Assembly: GCA_963828735.1 (NCBI GenBank)
Contig: CAWHFW010000005.1
Coordinates: forward strand, 2,592,001-2,656,000
Direction of reading: 5' to 3'
Origin: an uncultured Gemmatimonadales bacterium
GTDB lineage: Bacteria; Gemmatimonadota; Gemmatimonadetes; Gemmatimonadales; GWC2-71-9
Length of the DNA: 64,000 nucleotides
Every line of letters begins with the position of its first letter. The first letter of the stretch is position 1. Position numbers and translations under genes: made by a program. Below, one piece after another: positions 29,365 through 41,014 of this stretch. The notes under the pieces were generated by a model. The model was not told the DNA's origin. It saw nothing but the letters and a program-made list of their open reading frames with translations, and did not search any database.

Positions 29365-31359
29365 GTGGTGACCGCCACATCTCCGACCGATCAAGCCCTT
29401 CTAGCCGCGCTCTCGGGCCGCTTCCGCGTCGCCCGGGAGCTGGGTCGCGGCGGAATGGGCACCGTCTACCTGGCGCACGATACCACGCTCGATCGCGACG
29501 TGGCCATCAAGGTGCTTAACCCGGATATCTCCTCCGCGCTCGGCGCCGAACGGTTCGCGCGCGAGATCCGGTTGACGGCGCGCCTCGTGCACCCGAACAT
29601 TGTGCCCCTGTTCGACTCGGGGGTGGCGGCCGCGGCTCCTGGACCGGCCCACGACCCGCGTGGCACGACGTTCCTCTACTACGTCATGCCGTACATCGAG
29701 GGGGAGCCGCTCCGCGCGCGCCTCAAGCGGGAGGGCGCGCTCGCGGTCGCCGAAGTCGTCCGCGTCGTGGCTGACATCGCCGAGGCGCTGGCGTACGCGC
29801 ACGCCATGGGCTCGGTCCACCGGGACGTGAAACCGGAGAACGTCTTCTGGTACCGCGGCCGCGCCTTGCTCGCGGACTTCGGCGTGGCGCTCTGGACGGC
29901 GGGTCCCGAGGCCGGACGCATGACGCAGGCGGGGCTCGTCGTCGGCAGCCCCGCCTACGCGAGCCCCGAGCAGGCCGAAGGGAGCGGACAGCTTGATGGT
30001 CGGTCCGATCTCTACGGGCTCGGCTGCGTGGCCTACGAGCTGCTGACCGGAGTGCCGCCCTATTCGGGTGACACCGCGCTCGCGGTCCTCGCGGCCCACA
30101 TGGTGCGGCCCGTGCCATCGGTGCGCGATCGCCGGCCGGACGCGCCGGTCCTCCTCGACGCCCTGGTGGCCCGCCTCATGGCCAAGGAGCCGGGCGACCG
30201 ACCGGCGAACGCCGTCGCGCTTCTCGAGGAGCTGCGCGGCATCGACGGCTCGGCCGGCGGGACGCCGTCGCCCATGGCCGCGACGCCGGCGGCGCGGCCC
30301 ACCCGGTCCAGCGAAGAGATCGCCGGCCTCCCGGCCGACGTTGCCGAGCTGCACCGCAAGGCGCGGCAGCTCTTCTCGATGGCGGTCCAGGGCGGCCCGT
30401 CGGCGCGCGACAAGTACGGCATGGCTCGCGCCTACCTCGAGCGAGCGATGCAGCGCGTGCCGGACAACGCGCTGCTCCTGGCCACGCTGGCCGACCTGAT
30501 TCACGTCGCGGGCGTACGCGGGTTCGCCGACCAGGACGAGGCCTTCGTGCGCTCGCAGGAGCTCCGGCACCAGGCGTTGGCGCTCGATGACTCGATCGGC
30601 CCGGTGCACAGCGGCCTCGGCGTTCACCTGCTCTATTGGGAAGACGAGTACGACCTGGCAGGCGAGGAGCTGCGCCGCGGCGCCGAGCTCTCGCCGGACG
30701 TCGCCGAGTCACAGCGGTATTACGGCGCGTGGCTCAAGATCGCGGGGCGAAAGGAGGAGGCCCTCGAGCGGATGCGCGCGGCCGTCCGGCTCGCGCCGGG
30801 CGCCGCGTTCATGCGCGTGGGCGAAGCCGACGTGCTCATGGCCCTCGGCCGCTACGAGGAGGCGGTCGGCGCACTCCGGCACGCACTCCGGCTTCAGCCG
30901 CGGTACGAGGCGGCGCTCGAGCGGCTGGAGATGAGCTGTCACCGCGCCGGCCGGCACGAGGAGGCTCTCGACGCGCGGTGCGCGCTGCTTGGCCTCCGGA
31001 ACGAGGCCGACCGCGCCGCCGAGCTCACCAAGCGCACCGAGCGGGACGGATGGCTGGCGGCACGCGAGCACGATCTCCGGGTCGACATCGAACGCCTGCT
31101 CGGCCAGGCCGCCCGGGAAGATCCGTTCACCGATCCCAATACGAGCCGCCAGCTCTCCGACACGATCATCATCGTGCTCGCCGAGCTGGGAGAATGGCAC
31201 GAGGCCATGAACTGGGTGGAGCGCGCGTATCACCGCCGCCCCGGTCGGCTGCGCCGGGTGGTCATGGATCTTCCATACGATCACCATGGGCTCGCGGTGG
31301 ATCCGCGATACGCACGATTGCTCAGAACGGCCGGATTGGCGGAACTGCTGGCGCAGTGA
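29365..31359 (+). CDS. Hanks-type Ser/Thr kinase with C-terminal TPR repeats
   Basis: LGRGGMGTVY, VAIK, HRDVKPEN, DFG, SPEQ; helical repeat C-terminus; start could be GTG 29368. Confidence 0.92.
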   Translation: MVTATSPTDQALLAALSGRFRVARELGRGGMGTVYLAHDTTLDRDVAIKVLNPDISSALGAERFAREIRLTARLVHPNIVPLFDSGVAAAAPGPAHDPRGTTFLYYVMPYIEGEPLRARLKREGALAVAEVVRVVADIAEALAYAHAMGSVHRDVKPENVFWYRGRALLADFGVALWTAGPEAGRMTQAGLVVGSPAYASPEQAEGSGQLDGRSDLYGLGCVAYELLTGVPPYSGDTALAVLAAHMVRPVPSVRDRRPDAPVLLDALVARLMAKEPGDRPANAVALLEELRGIDGSAGGTPSPMAATPAARPTRSSEEIAGLPADVAELHRKARQLFSMAVQGGPSARDKYGMARAYLERAMQRVPDNALLLATLADLIHVAGVRGFADQDEAFVRSQELRHQALALDDSIGPVHSGLGVHLLYWEDEYDLAGEELRRGAELSPDVAESQRYYGAWLKIAGRKEEALERMRAAVRLAPGAAFMRVGEADVLMALGRYEEAVGALRHALRLQPRYEAALERLEMSCHRAGRHEEALDARCALLGLRNEADRAAELTKRTERDGWLAAREHDLRVDIERLLGQAAREDPFTDPNTSRQLSDTIIIVLAELGEWHEAMNWVERAYHRRPGRLRRVVMDLPYDHHGLAVDPRYARLLRTAGLAELLAQ

Positions 31360-31602
31360 TGGGGGCGGACGCACTACCGGGGACCACGCTTGGGAAGTCC
31401 CCGGGTGCCGAATGGCTCGCGGCGGTCGTGCCGCTATGTGGTTGGTCGACGGCATGGGGTTATCACCGTCGAACGACTTCACTGCATTGTGGAGGTAACG
31501 GTAGGTCTGCGGTGGACTCGGTTCATGGGGCGGCGGCCGCTTTGTGGGTACCCTGACTGGGCGAGCGCCGAATCGTCCTCCTCTCCCGCGGAGTACGACT
31601 CA

Positions 31603-31631
31603 TGTGTACGACACGGTACCGTCGCTGTCAA
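31603..31631 (-). promoter_or_regulatory. Candidate sigma70 promoter with no downstream protein gene
   Basis: Minus strand TTGACA (31631-31626), 17 bp, TACACA (31608-31603). Confidence 0.45.
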
Positions 31632-31650
31632 CAGTGAGTTTTGCTCGCGC

Positions 31651-32223
31651 TTACTGCAGACCTCGAAATCCCGGGCTCACGCCGCCGCCGGGATGATGGC
31701 CGCCGCCATGGCCACCGCACGTGCCTCCATGTCCACCTGCGTGAATCGTCGTGCCGCCGCTGCTGCCGTCAGGTGCGTCGGGCGGTCCGCGGTCCGTCCA
31801 CGACGGCTCGTTCGAGGGTCCGCTGCTCGCGGGAATGGCGGTAACGGTCTGGCCAGGCGCGAGCGCGAACGGATCGGGCGCGGCCGCGGCGTCGCTGCTG
31901 GCGACGCTGGTCGTGGCGCTGGCGGCCGTTGTCGGAGCAGGCGCGGACTTCGGTGCCGCGGTGGACGATGGAGCGGGCGCAGGCGCCGGTTGCGGCGCGA
32001 CCTTTCGTGTGCGGTGCGGCCGGGTGGCGCGCGGCTGCTCGGACACGCGACCGAGCTCCACGGGCGACGCTACCTCGGTTTGCGACGTGGTGGCTTGTTG
32101 CAGGGTGAGGTCCCGATGGGGCACCTGGAAGGCGGTCTGCTCGGCGTCGTCCGAAGCGGGTCGGCACGCACCGGCGACGATGGCGGTGGCGATGGCGAGC
32201 GGAAGAAGTCGCAGGGTGCGCAT
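31651..32223 (-). CDS. Hypothetical lipoprotein with Pro/Ala-rich linker and Gly/His-rich tail
   Basis: RBS GGAGGA; MRTLRLLPLAIATAIVAGAC lipobox-like; tail HAGGHGGTCGGHGGGHH. Confidence 0.7.
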   Translation of the reverse strand: MRTLRLLPLAIATAIVAGACRPASDDAEQTAFQVPHRDLTLQQATTSQTEVASPVELGRVSEQPRATRPHRTRKVAPQPAPAPAPSSTAAPKSAPAPTTAASATTSVASSDAAAAPDPFALAPGQTVTAIPASSGPSNEPSWTDRGPPDAPDGSSGGTTIHAGGHGGTCGGHGGGHHPGGGVSPGFRGLQ

Positions 32224-32392
32224 AGGGTCCTCCGGGGCGGTGACGTGCTCGAGCCTGAGGAACTGGTGACGACTCAGCCCACAGGCGCAGCACGCATCGC
32301 CCCCCGGCACATCCCGCCCGTGCAAGTCGAACACCTCATGGAACGATAACACTCCGAGAGGCGGAGTCGAGCCCCGGCCCCCGTTCACGATC

Positions 32393-34834
32393 TCATGCGG
32401 TTCCCACCCACATCCGTACTGCCTTCACCAGCGCCTCCGGCGAAAACGGCTTCGCGAGGAACGGCGCCCCCTCCTCGAGCAGCCCCCGCCGGAGGATCTC
32501 CGAGTCGGTATATCCCGACGTGTACAGCACCGGCACGCCAGGAGCGACCCGCGCCAGCTCGGCCGCCAGCTCGGAAGCGCTGAGCCCCGGCATCACCACG
32601 TCGGCGAGCACGAGCGCGGGCCGCTCACCACTCCGGCGCAGCAGCTCGAGCGCCCGCTGGCCACGGTCCGCCTCCAGGACCCGATACCCCGCCTCGACCA
32701 GCGCACGCGCGGCAATCGCCCGGACCGGCGCTTCGTCCTCGACGACCAGGATCAGCTCGCCGGTCGCTGCCGGTCTGGCCGGGGCCTCTTCGGCCGCGGG
32801 TTCGCCGGGTGCGTCGGTGAGCGGCAGGTAGACCTTGATCGTCGTGCCACCGCCGGGCTCGCTGTAGGCCCAGACATAGCCGCCGGACTGCTTCACGATC
32901 CCGTAGACCGTCGCGAGGCCAAGTCCGGTCCCCTGGCCAACCGCCTTGGTGGTGAAGAACGGCTCGAAGATCTGCGCGAGCGTCGCCTTGTCCATGCCAT
33001 TTCCGGTGTCGCTCACGGACATCAGCGCATAGCGGCCCGGTTTGACCGCCAGCCCATGCGACATGACAGCCGAACGCTCGGTGAGCAGCGCGGTCGAGGT
33101 CTCGACGGACAAGGTGCCGCCGCGCGGCATCGCGTCGCGCGCGTTGATGGTCAGGTTGAGCAGCACCTGCTCGAGTTGTCCCAGGTCTGCCCGCACCCGG
33201 CCGAGCGCGGGGTCGAGCAGCAGCGTCACCTGGCAGTCCTCGCCCAGCGTCCGCTGAAGCACCGGCCGGAACCTCTCCAGCACCGCGTTGAGATCGAGCA
33301 CCCGCGTGCGCATCACCTGGCGACGGCTGAACGCCAGGAGCTGTGCCGTGACGGCGGCCGTCCGCTCGGCGGCGCGCCGGATGTATTCGGCGTCCGCGCG
33401 AACCGCGGTTGGGAGATCGGCTCGCGCCAGGATGAAGTCGGCGGCGCTCATCACCACGCTCATCTGATTGTTCGTCTCGTGCGCGACACCGCCGGCCAGG
33501 CGACCCACGGATTCCATCTTGTGGGCCAGACGGAGCTGCTCTTCCGCGGTGCGACGGTCGGTCACATCCTGGCAGGTACCGGTCATGCCGACGGCCGCCC
33601 CGTCCTTTCCCGGTACCACCCGCCCGAGGTCGGCCACCCACCGCACTCGCCCGTCGGGCAGCAGGATGCGAAACTCGTAGTCCAGCCGCCCGCCGTCGGC
33701 GAGGGCGCGCCGCACCGAGCTCTCGACGGACTCGCGGTCGTCCGGGTGTACCCGGGCGATGAAGTCCTCGTAGCCCGACACCCGGTCGTCCGGGCCGAGT
33801 CCGTACATCTGGCGCAGCGTGTCGTCCCAGGTGAGCGTGTTGTCCTTGGCCGACCAGAACCAGACGCCCATCCGCGCGGCGTCGAGCGACAGGCGGAGCT
33901 GCTCCTCCCGACGGCGGATCTCGTCGGTCGCCGTCTCCCGCTCGTTGCTCACGGCTGCCGCGAGGAGCAGTCCGGTCACGGCGACGACCCCGAGATAGCA
34001 TCCGACCCCGAGGAGCGTCACGCCGCCGCTCGTGCTGTTGAACGGCCCGCCGCCGGTGACGGTACGCCAGACCGCGATGACGGCAATGGCGAACGTGACC
34101 AGAGACGCCCCCCGGCTCCCGAACCGAAGCGCGGCCCAGATCACGAAGGGAAAGAGGAGGTAGAGGTAGTCGAGCATCCGGATCGGGGCGGGCGCGGGCA
34201 GGAACCGTCCCAGTCCCATTTCGGCGGCGACCACGGTCCCCAGACAGAGGAGCACCACCTCGAGCGGACCACGCACGGCGAGCCGCGGCGTCGGATGGAG
34301 CAGCCAGGCGAGGAGGAGCGGGGTTACGATCAGCGCGCCGAGCACGTTTCCGGTCCACCAGAACGCGACGGCCGTCACGGCGCCCGCCGCGGGAAGGGCC
34401 CCGGCCATCACCAGGGTGCCAACGCCGATGAACGCGCTCACCTGCGCGCTCAACGGCGCCACCATCAGGATGAGCGCGCGCACCGCGCCCATCGAGTCGA
34501 ATCGCGGTCGGCTGCCGGCGGCGCGTACGAGCAGCGTGGCGCCGATCACCGCCTCGAGCGTGTTCCCGACGGCGATGCCGGCGGCGGCTCCGAGCGGGAT
34601 GGCGGTCGCGGCGTTGGCGAAGAAGGCGCCCACGGCGATGCCGGGCCACGCGCCGCGGCCGAGGATGACGAGTGCCGCGATCGCGAGGCCCGTGGGCGGC
34701 CAGATGAGCGAGACATTCTGGCCGATGGTGGCGTAGCGCAGTCCGAACCGCGCGGCGGCGTAGTACACCGTGGCGAGGGTGGCGACTTGGAGCGCGTAGA
34801 CGGCGGGGCGGGGAAGCCGGACGCTGTCGTTCAC
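32393..34834 (-). CDS. MASE1-PAS hybrid sensor histidine kinase with receiver domain
   Basis: MASE1 (IWPPTG, WWTGN), PAS (VHPDD), H-box [24 protein letters not shown], receiver (VVEDE, DVVMPG, LAKPF). Confidence 0.93.
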   Translation of the reverse strand: MNDSVRLPRPAVYALQVATLATVYYAAARFGLRYATIGQNVSLIWPPTGLAIAALVILGRGAWPGIAVGAFFANAATAIPLGAAAGIAVGNTLEAVIGATLLVRAAGSRPRFDSMGAVRALILMVAPLSAQVSAFIGVGTLVMAGALPAAGAVTAVAFWWTGNVLGALIVTPLLLAWLLHPTPRLAVRGPLEVVLLCLGTVVAAEMGLGRFLPAPAPIRMLDYLYLLFPFVIWAALRFGSRGASLVTFAIAVIAVWRTVTGGGPFNSTSGGVTLLGVGCYLGVVAVTGLLLAAAVSNERETATDEIRRREEQLRLSLDAARMGVWFWSAKDNTLTWDDTLRQMYGLGPDDRVSGYEDFIARVHPDDRESVESSVRRALADGGRLDYEFRILLPDGRVRWVADLGRVVPGKDGAAVGMTGTCQDVTDRRTAEEQLRLAHKMESVGRLAGGVAHETNNQMSVVMSAADFILARADLPTAVRADAEYIRRAAERTAAVTAQLLAFSRRQVMRTRVLDLNAVLERFRPVLQRTLGEDCQVTLLLDPALGRVRADLGQLEQVLLNLTINARDAMPRGGTLSVETSTALLTERSAVMSHGLAVKPGRYALMSVSDTGNGMDKATLAQIFEPFFTTKAVGQGTGLGLATVYGIVKQSGGYVWAYSEPGGGTTIKVYLPLTDAPGEPAAEEAPARPAATGELILVVEDEAPVRAIAARALVEAGYRVLEADRGQRALELLRRSGERPALVLADVVMPGLSASELAAELARVAPGVPVLYTSGYTDSEILRRGLLEEGAPFLAKPFSPEALVKAVRMWVGTA

Positions 34835-35007
34835 GGCAGAGGTACCCAAGCCTCCCCGGACGGGCCGGGGTAGTGCGGGATCGATTGAATGCTGGGGTGT
34901 TCTCTGATATTAAGGCGGAACTGGTCGAGCCGCCACGGGTGTCCGCGGCCTCGACCGCGGGTGTAGCACGGGTGGCCCGCCCGCTTCGATCCGCCCATCT
35001 TCCTCGC

Positions 35008-37098
35008 ATGCCGATCACCCTCGCCGACCCCCTCGACAGCCTCGTTCGCCTCTCCCACCTGCTCGGCGCCGAAACACGCCTGGTGCAGCCGGGAGGGGGG
35101 AACACCTCGATCAAGGTCGGTGACGCCCTGTTGGTGAAGGGCAGCGGTACCGACCTCCGGACCATCGGACGCGACGGGTTCACCCGGCTCTCGCTCGCGC
35201 GCTTGGCCCCGTTGGCCGGGGCCGAGTCGATGAGCGACGCCGAAATGATGCGGTTCATGGCCGGCTGCATGCTCGCCGAGGGCCCGGCGCCGAGCGTGGA
35301 GACACCGCTGCACTCGCTCCTCCCCCACCGCGTCATCGCGCATACCCACGACGTGGCGACGATGAGCCTCACGAACGTTCCCGACGCGACGGCCGAGCGG
35401 CTGGTGCACGAGCTGTTCGAAGGGGAGATCGCCTACGTCCCGTACAGCCGGCCCGGCTTCCCGCTGGCGCGAGCGGTGAGCGCGATGGTGGCCCAGGTTC
35501 CCGCCGGCGCGATCGGGCTGACGCTGGCGCACCACGGCCTCGTCGTCTGGGGCGAGGACGCGGAGCAGGCACACGAACGGCTGGTGCACGTGGTCGGGAG
35601 GATCGACGAGTACCTCGCCACTTGCCGGCGCGGGCGGCTCCGTAACACGAGTCCCGGCAAACCCTCGCCGACGTCAGCAGAGCGCGCTGTCGCCGCGGCA
35701 AGACTGCCGGCGCGGTCGGCGCTACGGCAGCTCCCAACCCCGATGAACGCCGCCGCCTCGCCGAGGTCGTGCTGCCCGCGATCCGCGGCGCCCTGAGCCC
35801 GGCCGACCGCGTGATCCTGCACTACGACGATGCCGAGGACATCCTGACGACGCTCGCAGGAGCGCACGTTCCCGATCTCGTCGGACGCGGCATGGCGACG
35901 CCCGAGCACCTGCTGCGCGCCGGCCGCCTTCCGGTCTGGCTCGATCTCGACCTCACGGCGTCGCCCGAGGCGCTCGTCGTCCAGGCTCGCGCCGGTCTCG
36001 CCGCGGCCCGCGCCGAGTACGAGGCGTACCATGCCCGCCACGCCTCGCCGGGCGAGCGCCCGCTGGATGACTGGGCCAAGGTCGTCCTGGCGCCCGGTCT
36101 CGGCCTTATCACCGCGTTCACGGACAAGCGAAGCGCCGTCACCGCCAACCTCTGTTACCGCGCCACGCTCCAGGCCATCGACGGTGCGGAAGCGGTCGAT
36201 CGGTTCGAGTTCATCGCCGAAGGGGACGTGTTCGAGTTCGAGCACTGGCCGCTGGAGCGGCGAAAGGTGAGAGGAGACGATCGCCCGCGAGCGCGCCACC
36301 AAGGAGCTGCCGCGCCATGTCGTCGTGGTGATCGGCGGCGGAAGCGGCATCGGGCAGGCGGCGGCTCGGCGGTTCGCGGAGGAGGGGGCGCATGTCGTCG
36401 TCGCCGACCTCGACGCCAGCTCGGCGGAACAAGTCGCGGCGGAGCTCGCGCCGACCTTCCCCGGCCGGCTCGTCGGGGCCGCTGCCGACGTGCGCGACGA
36501 CGCCAGCCTCGACGCGTTGTTCCGCCGCGCGGTGCTCGAGTTCGGCGGGCTCGACTGCCTGTTCTACACCGCCGGGCTGCCGCCTCGCTTCGCGCCCATC
36601 ACCGAGATCCGCCGTGAGGACCTGCAGCGTCAGCTCGAGGTGCACTACCTCGGCGCGGTCGCCGCCATCGGCCGCGCGGCGACGATCATGCGACGCCAGG
36701 GCATCGGCGGCTCGATCGTGGCGTCGGTCTCCAAGGCGGCGATCGTGCCGGGCAAGGAGGCGGTCGCCTACGGCGGCAGCAAGGCCGCCCTGCTGCAGGC
36801 GCTCCGCGTCGCCGCGGTCGAGCTCGGACCCGATGGCATCCGGGTGAACGCGATCAACGCCGACCAGGTGGACACGCCGCTGTTCCGTCGCTTCGTGCGG
36901 GAGCGCGCCGCGAGCCGCGGCGTGACCGAGGCGGAGCAGCTCGAGGCCTACCGCAAGCGCAACCTGATGGGCGTGTCGCTCATTCCCGCCGAGGCGGTCG
37001 CCGAGCTGGCCGTCTCGCTCGCCGGCGATCGATTCCGCTTCACGACGGGCGATCTCATCACGGTTGACGGCGGGTTGCCCGAGGCCTTTCCCCGATAG
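35008..37098 (+). CDS. Bifunctional class II aldolase / short-chain dehydrogenase (RhaEW/YuxG-like), split by indels near 35730 and 36270
   Basis: GGGNTSIK, PSVETPLH, HTH, HHG, TPEH; SDR GGGSGIG, YGGSKAA, GIRVNAINAD, VDGG..EAFPR. Confidence 0.88.
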
Positions 37099-37170
37099 CA
37101 GGATTGCACCCGGCGGATGCCGCCATAGGTTGAGAGGCATTCCACCATCACCCCGACCCGGATCCGCGCC

Positions 37171-37701
37171 ATGAAGAAATCGCTCTCCCTCGCCGCGCTT
37201 GGCACGCTCTGTCTCGCTTCGACCGCCCTCGCTCAGGCCCCGGCCGCGGAGGCGCTCCGCTCCGTCGCCAAGAGCGCCAGCACCAACCTCGTCGCCGCCG
37301 CCGAGGAAATGCCCGCTGACAAGTACGGCTTCAAGCCGACGCCCGCGCAGATGAGCTTTGGCGACGTCATCGGCCATCTGTCCGGCGGCAACGATTTCCT
37401 GTGCTCCCATATCAGCGGCGTCGACGCGCCCAAGCGCGCCGAGCTGGCCAAGACGGCCGCCAAGAGCGAGCGCGTGGCCAGGCTCAAGGAGACGTTCCAG
37501 TTCTGCGAGTCGTCGCTCGCCAAGCTGGACGACTCGAAGCTCGGCGAGAAGGTGCCGTTCTTCGGGCATAGCGAGGTCTCGCGCGCGGAAGCCATGTTCG
37601 CTGCCGCCGAGGACTGGTCGGATCACTACAGCCAGCTTGCCATCTACTTGCGGCTCAACGGTCTCCTGCCGCCGACCGCGAAGAACAAGCAGGCGGAATA
37701 G
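37171..37701 (+). CDS. Secreted DinB family protein
   Basis: Signal peptide; AAEEMPADKYGFKPT, HL, DHYSQLAIYLRLNGLLPP. Confidence 0.88.
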   Translation: MKKSLSLAALGTLCLASTALAQAPAAEALRSVAKSASTNLVAAAEEMPADKYGFKPTPAQMSFGDVIGHLSGGNDFLCSHISGVDAPKRAELAKTAAKSERVARLKETFQFCESSLAKLDDSKLGEKVPFFGHSEVSRAEAMFAAAEDWSDHYSQLAIYLRLNGLLPPTAKNKQAE

Positions 37702-37755
37702 CGTCTCCGGCACGCGCCGCCCTGGTAGCGAGCCGATCATACGCGCAACAGGCGC

Positions 37756-37783
37756 CGGGGACCGCGACAGCGGTCCCCGTTTT
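37756..37783 (+). terminator. Rho-independent terminator
   Basis: CGGGGACCGC-GACA-GCGGTCCCCG 10-bp stem followed by TTTT downstream of the DinB gene. Confidence 0.75.
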
Positions 37784-37870
37784 CATGTGCGGGTGGAACA
37801 CGGCCGCGAAACCGATGACCGGCCCTCCGCGTCCGGAATGGTACCTCATCTCCCTTGCGCCGAGGCCATC

Positions 37871-38642
37871 ATGTTTCGTCTCCCGGTCCTATCGCTGTCG
37901 GCGGTCCTCCTCGCCGCCGCCGCTCACCACGCAGTTCAGCTCCCGGCGTCGAGCGCGGGTGTTCGCGACACGGTGCAGGCCGGCGATCCGGCCCTCGACG
38001 CCACCCACCTTCGCCCGTTCTCGCTGGTCAGGAACCTCACGCTCACGCGCGGCGATACGGTCAAGCCCTTCGGCACGCAATCCGAGCAGCTCGCCGCCGC
38101 CACGCTCAACGGACGCGAGGTGCTGCTCGACGTGCTGAGGTTCGACACCCCGAACGCCACGACCGTGGACAGCTCCTGGATCGAGGCCCGCACGCTCCGC
38201 CCGATCCGGATGCGCTCGAGCAACGCGTCCCGACGTCGTCGCGCTCGATTTCGATGGGCAGCGCGTCCGCGGCGGCACGACCCCGACGGCGGGCGCCCCG
38301 ACCTCCCTGGATCAGCAGCTCGGTGTCCGCCCGTTCGAATGGAACATGTTCGGCCTGGCGCTCTCGGCGCTGCCGCTCGAGCCCGGCTATCGCGCCACGA
38401 TGCCCGTCTACATGGACCGCTTCGGGCGGGTCGTCTGGTATGCCGTGGAGGTCGTCAAGGACACGAGCCTCGTGCGCGCGAACGGGCATCGCGCGCCGAT
38501 GTGGGAGGTCCTCGCCGTCCCCGACTCCGGCGCGCCCTCCGCCCGCTTCTGGGTCTCGCAACACCACCGGTTCGTGGACCAGGCGCTGGTCTGGGAGCCG
38601 GGTGTGTCGATCATGTACGAGCGGGACATGGGCCGTCGATAG
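37871..38642 (+). CDS. Secreted hypothetical beta-rich protein (DUF3108-like), one indel near 38235
   Basis: Signal peptide; DSSWIEARTLRPI then ALPLEPGYRATMP in the next frame. Confidence 0.6.
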
Positions 38643-38752
38643 CGCGAAGACGCTGACGGCGTCCCACCGGCCCCATCCGCGGGCTGCCCACTCCCGTCCG
38701 AGGCGCACCGACCACATCTTCCGGGTCCACCCGCACCCTCTCCCGGAAGCCC

Positions 38753-40989
38753 GTGGCCAACCCGATCTCCACTGAGTTCGAACGTCTCGGCACCGCGCTC
38801 GCCGGCCGTTACACGATCGCGCAGGAGCTCGGCCGGGGCGGCATGGCGACGGTCTACCTGGCCGACGACCTGAAGCATCATCGCAAGGTCGCGGTCAAGG
38901 TGCTTCGCCCCGAGCTCGGCGCTCTCCTTGGCCCAGACCGCTTCACCCGCGAGATCCGGATCGCGGCCGGCCTCAACCACCCGCACATCCTTCCGCTCCA
39001 TGATTCGGGCGATGCAGCCGGCATGCTCTTCTACGTCATGCCCTTCGTCGGCGGCGAGTCACTGCGGCAGAGGCTGGCCCGCGAAGGCGCGTTCCCGGTC
39101 GGGGATGCCGTTCGGATCGTGCGGCAGGTCGCCGCGGCGCTCGACCACGCGCATGCGCAGGGCGTGATCCACCGCGACATCAAGCCCGAGAACATCCTGC
39201 TGCACGAGGGCGAGCCCATGGTGGCCGACTTCGGGATCGCGCTGGCGGCCGGCGCGGCCCCCGACGAGCGGCTCACGGACGCCGGCCTCCTCGTGGGCAC
39301 GCCGGAGTACATGAGCCCCGAGCAGGCCGCGGGCGAGCGCGTGCTCGACGCCCGCAGCGACGTCTACAGTCTCGCCTGCGTCCTGTACGAGCTGCTCGCG
39401 GGCGAGCCGCCGCACGTGGGTGCTCGCCGCGAATGGTGATCGCCAAACGGTTCGCCGAGCCCGTCCCGCGCGTGCGCCGTCTTCGCCCCACGGTGCCCGT
39501 CGGGCTGGAGGAGGCGCTGGTCCGGGCCCTCGCGCTCGAGCCGGCGGACCGATTCCCGTCCGCCGCCGCCTTCGCGGAATCCCTCACCGCGGAGGCGTCC
39601 GGCCCGAAACCGCCGTCGGTCGCGGTCCTGCCGTTCCTCAACCAGAGCGCGGACCCCGAGAACGAGTTCTTCGCGGACGGGATCACCGAGGACGTCATCG
39701 CGCAGCTGGCGAAGATCCGCTCGCTCAAGGTGATCTCGCACGGCTCCGTGATGGCGTTCAAGAGGCGCGAGCAGAGCCTGCGAGAGATCGGCGCCAGCCT
39801 CGACGTCGAGACGCTGCTCGAGGGCAGCGTGCGCCGCGCGGGCGATCGGGTGCGGATCGTCGCGCAGCTGATCGACGCTGCGACGGAGCGGCATCTCTGG
39901 GCCGAGACCTACGACCGGCAGCTCACCGACATCTTCGCGATCCAGACCGACGTGGCGCTGCAGATCGCGGCCGCGCTCAAGGCGGAGCTGTCCCTGGATG
40001 AGCGGACCAGGATCCGCCGGGAGCCGACGGCCAACGTGCAGGCCTACCAGCTCTACCTCCAGGGACGGCACTGCTACACGCGATACACTGAAGAGAGTAT
40101 CCGGAAGGGCATCGAGTACTTCCAGCAGGCGATTGCGGCGGACCCCGAGTATGCACTGGCACACGCCGGGCTCGCGCTCGCCTACGGAGAGATCGCGGGC
40201 GGAGTGGGTGGCGGCGCGGTCCGCCCGGACGAGGCGTATCACCTCGGCCTGGCGGCCGTGAGAAAAGCACTGGCGCTCGATCCCGAGCTGGGCGAGGCGC
40301 ACGCCGTGCTGGCGCTGCTCCGAATGGTTCACGACTTCGACTGGGCCGGCGCCGAGAAGGAGTTCAAGCTGGCGATCGAGCTGAGCCCGGGCGCGTCGGA
40401 CATCTACGACCACTACGGGTGGCTCTGCAGCGCGCTCGAGCGTTACGACGAGGCCCTCGAATTGGTGCGGCGCGCGCAAGAGCTCGACCCGCTCACCCAT
40501 CGGGCGGATGTCGCCACGACACTCCTTCGTGCCGGCCGGCTCGACGAGGCGCTGCAGGCGGCGCTCGCCTGCGTCGAGTTCGATCCCGACTACGGGCGCG
40601 GGCGCTCCACGCTGGGCTGGGCCTATCTGTACAACGGGATGGCGGAGAAGGGGATTGCGGAGCTCGAGTGGGTGGTGACACGCATGCCTGGTCATCCGCT
40701 CTATCTGGCCCAGCTCGGCGAGGCGTACGGGCTGACCGGCCGCGCGGAGGAGGCGCGGGGAGTGCTGAGCCGGCTACAGGAGATGTCCGGGGAACGGTTC
40801 GTGTCGCCCTACCATCTGGCCTACGTGTACACCGGGCTGGGCGAGCAGGATACGGCGATCGCGCTCCTGGAGGAGGCCTACGAGAAGCGAGCCGGCAACG
40901 TGTACGGCATCAAGGGGTCGTTCCTGTTCAAATCGCTCAAGGAGCACCCGAGGTTTCAGGCGTTGCTGGCGAAGATGAACCTCGCGTGA
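38753..40989 (+). CDS. Hanks-type Ser/Thr kinase + TolB-N-like domain + TPR repeats, indel near 39425
   Basis: [52 protein letters not shown]; TPRs. Confidence 0.9.
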
Positions 40990-41014
40990 TCGTGAGATCG
41001 CGTCGGGCCCGCCT

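Noticed and set aside
31385..31410. GGGAAGTCCCCGGG resembling the RNase P RNA 5' motif
   Set aside because: It does not match GAGGAAAGUCC, the 3' conserved motif is absent and the gap is short.
32625..35372. Long alternative-frame and antisense ORFs (915 aa here; also 2600-4909 and 13223-15607)
   Set aside because: They overlap well-supported genes and have no recognisable motifs; GC-rich codon bias suppresses stops.
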